Notes: generated from the sequence alone by a model not told the origin. Shown: positions 22,063 to 31,067, numbered from the stretch's first letter. The stretch: 64,000 nucleotides of DNA from Syntrophorhabdaceae bacterium (GCA_963665295.1 OY762209.1:3136001-3200000), one strand, 5' to 3'. Numbers and translations are program-made.

Positions 22063-22185
22063 ATGAAGAAGATCCTGAGTAAAGAGGTCCTTGAGAAAGA
22101 GGCATCCTTTTGGACCACGATGAAGGAGGCTCTCAAAGAGAGTCCGGCGAAAGAATGCCGCAAGTGAAAGAGCTGAAAGAGCTAG
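22063..22185 (+). CDS. putative selenocysteine-containing RiPP precursor MKKILSKEVLEKEASFWTTMKEALKESPAKECRKUKSUKS
   Basis: AAAGGAGGTGA RBS, ATG at 22063, in-frame TGA at 22165 and 22174 in C-x-x-U-x-x-U spacing, TAG at 22183, SECIS-like hairpin next, radical SAM/SPASM gene downstream. Confidence 0.8.
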
Positions 22186-22186
22186 C

Positions 22187-22203
22187 GTTGCAGGTTCTGC
22201 AAC
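22187..22203 (+). promoter_or_regulatory. bacterial SECIS-like hairpin
   Basis: GTTGCAG-GTT-CTGCAAC, near-identical to the E. coli fdhF minimal SECIS GGUUGCAGGUCUGCACC; 10 and 19 nt after the two UGAs. Confidence 0.75.
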
Positions 22204-22213
22204 CCAAAAAGAA

Positions 22214-22247
22214 GAGGCAGATATGACGGAGTTGTCATATCTGCCTC
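22214..22247 (+). terminator. intercistronic 14-bp stem-loop
   Basis: GAGGCAGATATGAC-GGAGTT-GTCATATCTGCCTC, no strong U tract. Confidence 0.7.
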
Positions 22248-22275
22248 CTTGCATCAATGGAGGTGGGAAAAACGG

Positions 22276-23334
22276 ATGTCCGTTAATCGAGCATATTCAT
22301 TCTTCGTCCAGTGGCACCTGACGGAAAGATGCAACCTCGCGTGTACCCACTGTTACCAAGACAAGGCAAGAGCAACGGAGATGACCCTGGAGCAGATAGT
22401 GGGGGCCATGTCCGACGTGGTCGACATGCTGGACTCATGGTCCGGTGCGTACGACATGGAATTTTCCCGGAGTTTCAACATTACCGGCGGGGAGCCCTTT
22501 CTTAGAAAAGACCTCTTTGCGATCCTCGAGGCGGCGGCGTACCACGGCTTTGACAATTATCTTCTCACCAACGGGACACTTATCGACAGGGAGAAGGCCC
22601 GCACCCTGTCCGACCTCGGCGTCCGGGGTGTCCAGGTGAGTTTTGAGGGGCCCAGGGAGGTTCATGAAGCGATAAGGGGCAAAGGAACCTTTCCTCTCTC
22701 CGTCGCAGGCGTATGTCATCTCCGGGATGCGGGAATACCGGTGACCATGAACGTCACCCTTTCTTCTCTCAATGCGCCCTATCTCCCGGAACTTATGAAC
22801 CTTGCCTCCGACCTGGGCGTGCCGAGGCTCGGGTTTTCGAGGCTGGTGCCTTCAGGCAGGGGGATGGGCCTTCTTGGAAGCATGCTTTCAAGAAGGGAAG
22901 TGAAAACTCTCTATGAGGAAATATTTCGTCGCACCCGTGAGGACGTGGAAGTGGTGACCGGCGATCCCGTGGCGGCCCAGATGGTTGTGCCCCCGGACAC
23001 GGAGGGAGCCGACGCAGAGGGTATGGAGACTGTGCCCAACGGAGGGTGTGCCGCGGGCGTTTCCGGTCTGACGTTTCTCCCTGACGGCACGATCACCCCC
23101 TGCCGGAGACTGAATATTCCTCTTGGTAATGTGCGGACCGATTCGCTCCGTGAGATATGGGCAACTTCGCCGGTGCTGGAAGGATTGAGGACGAAAAGCG
23201 CATATAAAGGAAAGTGCGGGACCTGCCGGCGATGGTCGGCTTGCCGAGGATGCAGGGCGATAGCCTATCAATACTCGCTCTCAAGAGGTATGGGTGACTA
23301 CCTTTCAGATGATCCTCAGTGCTTTATCGAGTAG
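22276..23334 (+). CDS. radical SAM/SPASM domain protein, putative peptide maturase
   Basis: QWHLTERCNLACTHC, TGGEP, and a 7-Cys SPASM (GCAAG...PC...CGTC-x5-CRGC...DPQC); GGAGGTGG RBS. Confidence 0.92.
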   Translation: MSVNRAYSFFVQWHLTERCNLACTHCYQDKARATEMTLEQIVGAMSDVVDMLDSWSGAYDMEFSRSFNITGGEPFLRKDLFAILEAAAYHGFDNYLLTNGTLIDREKARTLSDLGVRGVQVSFEGPREVHEAIRGKGTFPLSVAGVCHLRDAGIPVTMNVTLSSLNAPYLPELMNLASDLGVPRLGFSRLVPSGRGMGLLGSMLSRREVKTLYEEIFRRTREDVEVVTGDPVAAQMVVPPDTEGADAEGMETVPNGGCAAGVSGLTFLPDGTITPCRRLNIPLGNVRTDSLREIWATSPVLEGLRTKSAYKGKCGTCRRWSACRGCRAIAYQYSLSRGMGDYLSDDPQCFIE

Positions 23335-23492
23335 ACGAGGATGCTGTTTCCTTCATAATACCTGAACACCAGCCTGCCGTTCACAATGGGTTACCGGCTA
23401 ATGTCGGGCGCGGCGCTCATCTGCCGGGCGGGCCGGCTGACCCAAGGGAGACCGGGTTATCCCGGCCTTTTAGAATGGTGAGGCGACAAAGC

Positions 23493-23523
23493 AAGAGGAG
23501 GAGCCTTAGCTCCCCCCCCTCTT
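23493..23523. terminator. probable terminator between convergent genes
   Basis: AAGAGGAGGAGC-CTTA-GCTCCCCCCCTCTT-type imperfect hairpin. Confidence 0.5.
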
Positions 23524-23553
23524 ATTTACCGTTTCGGTGACCAGCGATCCCTG

Positions 23554-23904
23554 TTATTTGTAGGAGACCCACATGGCGTAGTTGATGAATTTCACTGTCT
23601 TATATTCGCCCTTTACCATGGAGCCCACTTTCAACCCTTTTAGCCGGTTGTAATCCTGCTGAAACTTTGCGTAGTCGTCCTGAAGGGTAAGATTACCCGT
23701 TGCAGTCTTCACCACGACGCAGTGGCACATTATATCGTGGCTAACGACCGTGCCCTCAAAAGGCATCGCCTTCGCCATGGCCAACTGATTCTCAAACACC
23801 TCTCCCTCGCCGCTCGGGGAACCCAAATTCGCCTGCGCCATTACTCCCGTTATAAACCCGAAGCTCAAAAACACCGCCAATGCAATAACCAACATCTTCC
23901 TCAT
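23554..23904 (-). CDS. small exported beta-rich protein with CHC motif
   Basis: AGGAGG RBS, classic signal peptide ending VMA, FEGTVVSHDIMCHCVVVK. Confidence 0.85.
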   Translation of the reverse strand: MRKMLVIALAVFLSFGFITGVMAQANLGSPSGEGEVFENQLAMAKAMPFEGTVVSHDIMCHCVVVKTATGNLTLQDDYAKFQQDYNRLKGLKVGSMVKGEYKTVKFINYAMWVSYK

Positions 23905-24164
23905 TTTGTACCTCCTGTTTTATAGGTATTTGAAAACCATCATTTACTTCTGAACATATGGCTCACCCATCCTCTTGTCAAGTGGGCCGGTGATCATGGG
24001 GCGCAAAAGAAAAGACTTTGATACCCGGGAAATCCGTAATCGTCTGCGATAAGTCCCAAGGTGTCGTTTTCCGATTAATACGGGCGTTTACGGCTGATTT
24101 CCAATTACCCGGCAAGGTCGTGGGCCGAAGCTTGCCTGAAGCGGTGTACGTTGATACCCGGGCT

Positions 24165-25333
24165 TCAATAAAGAAACATGGGTTTGCCGAGGGTATCCCG
24201 CACCTTGGGCCTGTATTCCTCAAGATCGTAGAGGGCGGTAACGTCGACCTGTTTTCTCGCAGCGCCTACAAGGTCGAGAGGGACGGTCGTATATATTCCC
24301 TGTTGGAGGGCGACCATTCTTCCTGTGTGGCCCATAGCTATCTGGTCGAGGGCGAGGTTGCCATAGGAGACCGCGACCATTCTGTCCAGGGAATCGGGCG
24401 CGCCGGAACGCATGATGTAAGCCAGTTGTTGGTAGATGATGTTGATGCCCGTTCTGTCCTTGATCTCGTGTGCCACTATGTTGCCTATGCCTCCGAGCTT
24501 CTTGTGGCCGTACGCATCTGCCTCACCACTTTCGAGAATCAGCCCTCCCAGTTGGCGTGCGCCTTCAGAAATGGTCATTATGGCATAGTGCGACGGGTTC
24601 CGTGAGCGGTCTTCGACGAGAAAACGGGCGACCCGTCTACGTCAAAGGGCACCTCCGATATTAACGCCCGGTCCACGTCAGCGAGGTACGCGGCAAACAA
24701 GGAGGTTTCCCCCGAGTTTCTGCCGAATAGTTCCACCACGCATATGCGCTCGTGGGAGCCCGCGGTGGTCCTGAGTGCGTGGATTGAGTCCACGGAGCGT
24801 GTTACCGCGGTCGAAAAGCCGATACAGAAGCCGGTGCCGAACACGTCATTATCCATTGTTTTCGGAATGGCGACAATCTGAAACCCTGCCTTGTGGAGAT
24901 GATTTGCGTAGCTCAGAGTGTCGTCTCCCCCGATGGCGATAATTGCATCCAGCGAGAGATAATCAAGCACATCCATTATATGGGGAGTGCAATCGACCGT
25001 ATTGCCCGGACCTGTAATGCGCTTGCTTTCCGGTATGAAGTCGGGGACTTCGCCAGGCTTCATATTTGCGGGATTGGTCCGTGAGGTGTGGAGAACCGTT
25101 CCACCCGTGCGGTCGATGGTGCGAACCCTTTCCGCAGGCAGGGGCATGGTCCATTTTTCCACTGAACCGGGATCGTCGGGGTTAAGGCACATAAGGCCCA
25201 TCCACCCCCTCCTGATGCCTATGATATCGATCTTGTGGGTGGACGCCCGTGTCACGACCGCCTTGATCGCCACATTGAGGCCGGGCACGTCACCGCCACC
25301 TGTAAGTATCCCGATATGCTGTTTGTTGGTCAT
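24165..25333 (-). pseudogene. pfkA: 6-phosphofructokinase (PPi-type signature), frameshifted near 24632
   Basis: [34 protein letters not shown] and ELFGR in one frame; [25 protein letters not shown]...RSGAPDSLDR continues in another frame. Confidence 0.85.
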
Positions 25334-25763
25334 CCGGTTCTCCTCCCTTTGGTATTGACTACGTGAGGACACGCATTCCTGTGGTCGGCCGACGGGTGAA
25401 CGGTGTCGCTGTCATTTTCTCTACCTCGGTGTAAACCTGTTTCCCCTTCTTCATCGGTTTCCATTCATCATTTTGCCGGTTTGATGCTGATTATGCCATA
25501 TTCGCTCATCTGAAGGCGATCTCCTGGATCAACCCGAGGTGTTGGGGGACCGGATAGTACGAGACTCGGCGGGAGGAGAAAAATGGTCGCGCAAGAACGG
25601 GGGCTGCGCGGCCACGCTGTCCACGATTTTTCACTGTGTCCATTTATAATGCGAATGTATGCGTAGGGATGAAGATTGTCAATATCGGCCCGGCCGATTG
25701 TCTTGGTCCCCGCCAATCGTGTCTCGGGACCGCGTGCCGGCGCGGATGTAAAGAAAGGAGGCC

Positions 25764-25991
25764 CTACGGGTTTTCGGAGCCGAAGAGTTGCTCGGATTTG
25801 GCAGTGTGCCCTATCTTGCTTTTCAGCCAGTTTCTTCCGCCGGGCTTACACTTCTTGTGCCGCCAGAGATTCTTGCCTATATAAATACCCTCGTCTTTTT
25901 TGATTCTCTTGTAACAGACGTAACAGGTGTCACGCTTCAGTTCCTCGAAAAGAGGTTCCTGGTAGTATGTATGTTTTGATTGACGGGGCAT
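25764..25991 (-). CDS. small putative zinc-binding protein
   Basis: CYVC...HKKC; starts 10 nt after the upstream gene's stop. Confidence 0.7.
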   Translation of the reverse strand: MPRQSKHTYYQEPLFEELKRDTCYVCYKRIKKDEGIYIGKNLWRHKKCKPGGRNWLKSKIGHTAKSEQLFGSENP

Positions 25992-26001
25992 TTTTTTGTG
26001 A

Positions 26002-26535
26002 TCAATCCTTTCCCGGTTTGTCGATGGTAACTCCCACGAACTTCCAGTAGCCTTCGTCGGTTTTTGCCATAGTCGCGGTTTGTCCGGGTTTGTCCTTCAA
26101 TTTTACGTAGGCGGTTCTTCCCCGTGTTTCCACGTCGAGGCGCCACACGGTGCTCATTCTCAGGTTGTGAATATCGACGGAGCCTAGTCTGATCGCCGCA
26201 GCTTTCTTTCGGTCTCCCGCGTCATCCTGAGACCGGATGACCGAGATGAGGTAGAGCCGCACGCCCTCTTTAATGCTGGGCATATTCATTGAAATCGCGG
26301 CGGCCACATCCTTGTTGATCTTTCCGGATGCGCCGCCCCCGGCGGAAAGACTCTTTGCCAGACTCTCCGTAACGGAATCGACGTCGATGAACTTCAGTGC
26401 GGTCTCCGCGTCGTGATCGTTTACCGCCCTGGACAGTTGATAGATGGAATACCAGGGGGTGGTCTTTATATAGAGAAACCCGCAAAGAAGCATCAGAAGA
26501 ATCGCGCCCGATATAAGGGCAATCTTTTTCCTCAT
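26002..26535 (-). CDS. DUF2939-like membrane-anchored protein
   Basis: N-terminal TM helix, TPWYSIYQL..AV..HD.E...FIDVDSV. Confidence 0.75.
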   Translation of the reverse strand: MRKKIALISGAILLMLLCGFLYIKTTPWYSIYQLSRAVNDHDAETALKFIDVDSVTESLAKSLSAGGGASGKINKDVAAAISMNMPSIKEGVRLYLISVIRSQDDAGDRKKAAAIRLGSVDIHNLRMSTVWRLDVETRGRTAYVKLKDKPGQTATMAKTDEGYWKFVGVTIDKPGKD

Positions 26536-26618
26536 TCAGTGATTTTCCCTTTTTTCCGACCCATTGTCAATGCTCGAGTTAACCGGGTTCCCCTTTTCCG
26601 CCCTTGGAACCCATATTG

Positions 26619-27155
26619 TCAATAAAAGAGAAAGATGGCATCAAGGAAAAAGAATATCCAGCCGATCACGGTTACAAGGCCGAAATACCAGAGCACCTTC
26701 CTTTTAGTCAACGCCGCGATAGATGAAAGCATAAGGCCGATCTGAAGAAAGATAAGGCTGTAGCCGAAATTCCCCCCCTTGTCCTGGGCGACTATTTTTT
26801 GTTTCGCCAGTTCGTCCCCTTTTGCCTTGATTTCCGCCTTTTCCTTATCATAACGCTTGATGGCGTCCTTATACCTGGTCAGGGTCTTCTCGAACTTTTC
26901 TGAACCCACCTTCCGGGCTTTTGCTTCGCCCTCGAGGCGTTCCATGTCCATAAGCTCGGCTTGGATCTCATAGAGATAGGACTTGATGCTTTTTGCTTGG
27001 TAGTAACCCCACTGATTTGTTTCCTGTCCCTGGAGGAGTATGGCTCTGGACGAAAACTTGCCCATGTAGAGGGTCGTTATCGCTGCGAGAACGGCCATCA
27101 CTGCGGTGGACAGGGCTACCCACGTCATCCATGTGTCTTGTTTTGTTTCAGTCAT
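26619..27155 (-). CDS. DUF4337-like membrane protein
   Basis: VALSTAVMAVLAA, QWGYYQAKSIK, LQIGLMLSSIAALT. Confidence 0.8.
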   Translation of the reverse strand: MTETKQDTWMTWVALSTAVMAVLAAITTLYMGKFSSRAILLQGQETNQWGYYQAKSIKSYLYEIQAELMDMERLEGEAKARKVGSEKFEKTLTRYKDAIKRYDKEKAEIKAKGDELAKQKIVAQDKGGNFGYSLIFLQIGLMLSSIAALTKRKVLWYFGLVTVIGWIFFFLDAIFLFY

Positions 27156-27205
27156 ATATTGTTTCTTCTCCGGGTGAATTTGTCTTCATATCGTGAGGGT
27201 TTCTG

Positions 27206-28339
27206 TTATTGCGATATACCGTGAATGGGGAAAATGGTGGTCCTGATGAAATTGACGACCCGTTGGGCCTGAAGCAGACATTGTTCCTTTTCGTGGCCCC
27301 CGACGCTAAACGGAGCGTCGTCCAGACTGCCGGAGGCGCCTTCAGAGTGGCCCATGGTTTCTCCCACAAGGCATGAGTCAAAGCCGCGCGGCTGGAGTCC
27401 GCAGAATTCCGCCCATGCCAGCGTCCAAAGGGCGGCCGTCTTGACTACATTGTAGCCGCCGGAACCCAAGGCAAGAATCTTGGGTGACAGGCTATTAATG
27501 ATGGAAATCACCTTTTTGTAGCCGTTGCTTGTGAGGCTGAGATGGGCGAGGGGGTCATCCTTATGAGTATCGCATCCGATGCACGCCACCACCATATCAG
27601 GTTTGAATTTCTCGAGTAGAAGCGGTACAATGGATTCGAAGGCGAAGAGATAGACTTCATCGTCGGTACCCGCTGAAAGAGGGATATTGACATTGTATCC
27701 GGTTCCCTTCTTTATACCTATCTCGCCCGCGAACCCGGACCCGGGAAAAAGGGTCTCTCCCGATTCATGGAGGGATATGTTCAAAACCCTGTCCGACTCA
27801 TAGAAAGCGTACTGAACCCCATTGCCGTGATGCGCGTCGATGTCTATATAAGCGACCCTCTGTCCCTTCCTCACGAGGTCGGAAAGGGTAACCGCAATGT
27901 CATTGATATAGCAAAACCCCTCCGCGTGATTCCGCCCTGCATGGTGGAAGCCGCCGAAGGGGTTGAAGACGACCCGGGCATCTCCACGATAGAGCATCAT
28001 GGCGCCCTCATGGGTAGCACTCGATGCAGCCAGCGAACATTGGTACATGCACTTAAACAGGGGGTTGTCCTGGGTGCCGAGACCTGCACGAAGCATTTCA
28101 ACCGAGAGCTCCCCTCTTTCTCCCTTCTTGAGAAGCTCGATATATTCACGGGTGTGAAAGAGATAAAGTAATTCATTATCCATGAGTTGGGGCTCGACGG
28201 TCCGTTGGTTCTTGTCGGTGATGAGACCATGCTTGTTGAGGAGTTCGCACATGAGCTTTGCCCTCACGGGCTTGAATGGGTGGGTCGGTTTGTATTCGTA
28301 CTCCACAAGGTCATTTGAATATGTGAGGACATTGAACAT
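27206..28339 (-). CDS. acuC: AcuC/histone-deacetylase-family protein
   Basis: HPFKPVR, GGFHHA, GFCYIND, DIDAHHGNG, SLHESG, FPGSG, DTHKDDPL. Confidence 0.85.
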   Translation of the reverse strand: MFNVLTYSNDLVEYEYKPTHPFKPVRAKLMCELLNKHGLITDKNQRTVEPQLMDNELLYLFHTREYIELLKKGERGELSVEMLRAGLGTQDNPLFKCMYQCSLAASSATHEGAMMLYRGDARVVFNPFGGFHHAGRNHAEGFCYINDIAVTLSDLVRKGQRVAYIDIDAHHGNGVQYAFYESDRVLNISLHESGETLFPGSGFAGEIGIKKGTGYNVNIPLSAGTDDEVYLFAFESIVPLLLEKFKPDMVVACIGCDTHKDDPLAHLSLTSNGYKKVISIINSLSPKILALGSGGYNVVKTAALWTLAWAEFCGLQPRGFDSCLVGETMGHSEGASGSLDDAPFSVGGHEKEQCLLQAQRVVNFIRTTIFPIHGISQ

Positions 28340-28644
28340 TTAGATACCCCATTCCGCTCAGTATATTATATATATTGTGTTTTTAAATTTAATTCAACAC
28401 ATTCCTGACGACGCGCTTCCCAATTCCAATTTTGCGATGCCGGACGGGAGAAATCAGGACGGTAAAATTGGCGGGAAGTCACAAAAGGAAATTTTTTGTT
28501 GCATTTTACCCTCATTAAGGTATTCTATCTATTGGATGTCCTGGGTTACATGGAGTTATACACCTGAAATTTTGCCACAATTGAGAGCGTTTTTTATCTG
28601 AGAGAACGTGCTGTATTCCAACACCAACGCCTGGGGAGGCCGGT

Positions 28645-30753
28645 GTGACGGAGACTGGGAAGGAGCCTGGTTTAACGGTAAATCTCGACAAGATAAGTGC
28701 GCTTTTTTTCTTGATAGACCGGGAAAGCAAGGTGGTGGACGCCAACCGCGGAGCTTGTCAAACTCTCGGATATAGCCGTGAAGAACTCACCAAAATGTCC
28801 ATACCCGATGTGATGGACCGTTTCCCCCATGAGGCGTGGTTTGACCACTGGGAACAGGTGAGGGAAATCGGTTCAATGGCTTTTGAATGCGACTATCGCA
28901 TGAGAACAGGGGCGACTTTTTGCGCGGAAACCACTGCGGATCTATTAAAGATGGGTGAAGAACAATACGTTGTATGGTCCGCCCTCGAGATCAGAAGACA
29001 GAAGAGACTCGAGGATTACCTTCGGAGAACTGATGAAAGATATCGGACTATTTTCGAAAACGCCCCTGTAGGAATGTATCAGACTTCGCTGGATGGGCGT
29101 TTCATTACGGCCAACCGCGCTGTTGCTCGTCTGGTTGGATACCGGTCATCCGAAGAACTGATGCAAGCGGTTACGGACATAGGGACGGAAATTTACGCCG
29201 ATCCCCAGGATCGGGCCGAACTGATACGGTTATTGTGCGAACGCGACTCTGTTCAAAGTTTTGAGTCGCGGTATCGTCGTCAGGACGGCAGCACTGTTCG
29301 TGTGGCAATGGACGCCAGGATCGTGCGGAACGAAAGGGGCAATCCCAGATTTATCGAGGGATTCGTCCGGGATATCGCTCCGGAAGGACAGACGGATAGG
29401 TCGGCCCGAAGCCTTGGAAACAGACCCGGCGAAGGGACGACTTTACGATTCACCGGCAGAATGTCGGACCACCGGAAAGGGAGCCAAGGACTGCCCCTGA
29501 AGCCTGAGAAGCCGAAGGGATTCGAAGTACCACTCCACGAGGCAAAGGCATACTGCCAGGCCCTATTTGAGGAAACAAGAGATTCCGTCTGTATCATTGA
29601 CGCCGCCAAAGGGGACGTTCTGGATGTGAATCCTGCGGGAGTGAAGATGTTCGGGAGGCCGAAAAGTGAAATAGTGGGCAAACAGATGATGTCGTTGCAT
29701 ACCTCAAAACAAGGTAATCCATCGGAAGGGACGCTTCTGGAGATAACGGGCTATCCGAAGGGCCATCCGATTCAAGCATCCCTGGTGGGTGGAGACGGAA
29801 GAGTTTTACCGGTAGAGGCAAAGTCACGCATAATCGATCTTCCTTGTGGAGACAGGATAGTGCTTGCCTTTTTCAGGGACTTAAGCGAGAGGGAACAGAT
29901 GGAGAACTCCCTGACTCAAAGCGAGAAACGGTTCAGTGCGGTTGCGGAAAACACAGTCGATTGGATCTGGGAGACTGATGGAGACGGCAGATATGTTTAC
30001 TCCAACGGGGCTGTCGAAAATATGTTGGGATACTCCCCCGGGGAGATATGTGGAAAGGCGTGCCACGAACTGCTCCCCCTCGACCGGGATAGGCTCAAGG
30101 ATGTGGACCCGCACGTTTTGTCCGAAGGGGAGGAGTACAAGGGGCGCTTAAGAGAGGTTCTTCACCGAGATGGCCGCCTCGTATGTATGGAGTCCAGTGC
30201 CACGCCGGTCATGGACGATCAGGGACGATGGGCGGGGTATCGCGGTGTTGACAAGGATGTCACGGACCTGCTTGAACTGGAGAAGAAAATGCTCGACCGG
30301 GATGAAGAACTGATAAAGAAGAACATTGCCTTGAAGGAACTGGAGATAGGATTGAAGATGCTCCTTGACCGGGTGGAACAGGATAAGAAAGCATATGAGG
30401 CCAGGATTGTGGAAAATATGAGCCGTCTGGTTTTGCCGTACCTTGAGAAAATCAGGGGAAATCACCTGAACCCTGAAGTAGAGGAACTGCTGGAAATAGT
30501 ACACGCTAACCTCAACAACGTACTGTCTCCCTTCCTTCAAAAGATACACGCGCGGTTTACGACCCTCACCCAGAACGAGATCACCGTGGCAAACCTCATA
30601 AGAAACGGAAAAAGTATCAAAGAGATCTCCAACCTGATGGGCCTATCGGAGAGCGGAGTCAATTTTCACCGACAAAGCATCAGGAACAAGTTGGGGTTGC
30701 GAAACAATAAGACCAGTCTTTATACCTACTTACTCTCACTGTCGGATCAATGA
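28645..30753 (+). CDS. multi-PAS sensor with C-terminal LuxR HTH (one-component regulator)
   Basis: About four PAS/PAC repeats, a coiled coil, and LTQNEITVANLIRNGKSIKEIS...FHRQSIRNKLGL. Confidence 0.9.
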   Translation: MTETGKEPGLTVNLDKISALFFLIDRESKVVDANRGACQTLGYSREELTKMSIPDVMDRFPHEAWFDHWEQVREIGSMAFECDYRMRTGATFCAETTADLLKMGEEQYVVWSALEIRRQKRLEDYLRRTDERYRTIFENAPVGMYQTSLDGRFITANRAVARLVGYRSSEELMQAVTDIGTEIYADPQDRAELIRLLCERDSVQSFESRYRRQDGSTVRVAMDARIVRNERGNPRFIEGFVRDIAPEGQTDRSARSLGNRPGEGTTLRFTGRMSDHRKGSQGLPLKPEKPKGFEVPLHEAKAYCQALFEETRDSVCIIDAAKGDVLDVNPAGVKMFGRPKSEIVGKQMMSLHTSKQGNPSEGTLLEITGYPKGHPIQASLVGGDGRVLPVEAKSRIIDLPCGDRIVLAFFRDLSEREQMENSLTQSEKRFSAVAENTVDWIWETDGDGRYVYSNGAVENMLGYSPGEICGKACHELLPLDRDRLKDVDPHVLSEGEEYKGRLREVLHRDGRLVCMESSATPVMDDQGRWAGYRGVDKDVTDLLELEKKMLDRDEELIKKNIALKELEIGLKMLLDRVEQDKKAYEARIVENMSRLVLPYLEKIRGNHLNPEVEELLEIVHANLNNVLSPFLQKIHARFTTLTQNEITVANLIRNGKSIKEISNLMGLSESGVNFHRQSIRNKLGLRNNKTSLYTYLLSLSDQ

Positions 30754-31055
30754 TAGTATTTACTAGCATAGAACTATCTTTATTCTGTAATGCAGTATGT
30801 AATTTTTTCTGATAGCCTAGAACAATAATACTTTTCTCGGAACAGGCTGGCAGTTTTTCTTATGGCGTTGCATGGCATACGTGAAGGGGGATTCACTGGA
30901 ATGCGTGAGATGAGCCGGAGAGCGACAAGAAACAGCTGAAACTCCGGATATCTGCGTCTACTCTGTTGTTCCCATCCTTCACACAAGCCAAGTGGTATTC
31001 GTATCGTTAGAAGGTCTGCATTTCTCGAATTCAGGGCGTGAAATGTGGTCGATAT

Positions 31056-31067
31056 GGCGGTAGCCTG
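31056..31067 (+). promoter_or_regulatory. ops-like element GGCGGTAGCCTG
   Basis: Exact match to GGCGGTAGnnTG in the leader of the polysaccharide operon. Confidence 0.6.

Noticed and set aside
22039..22257. Minus-strand 72-aa ORF and 21819-22163 ORF overlapping the peptide gene
   Set aside because: No RBS or motif; the plus-strand peptide has a promoter, RBS and SECIS support.
24018..24605. 195-aa plus-strand ORF
   Set aside because: Antisense shadow of the pfk C-terminal half.
24615..24645. Programmed ribosomal frameshift in pfk
   Set aside because: No slippery heptamer or obvious stimulatory structure; a simple indel is more parsimonious.
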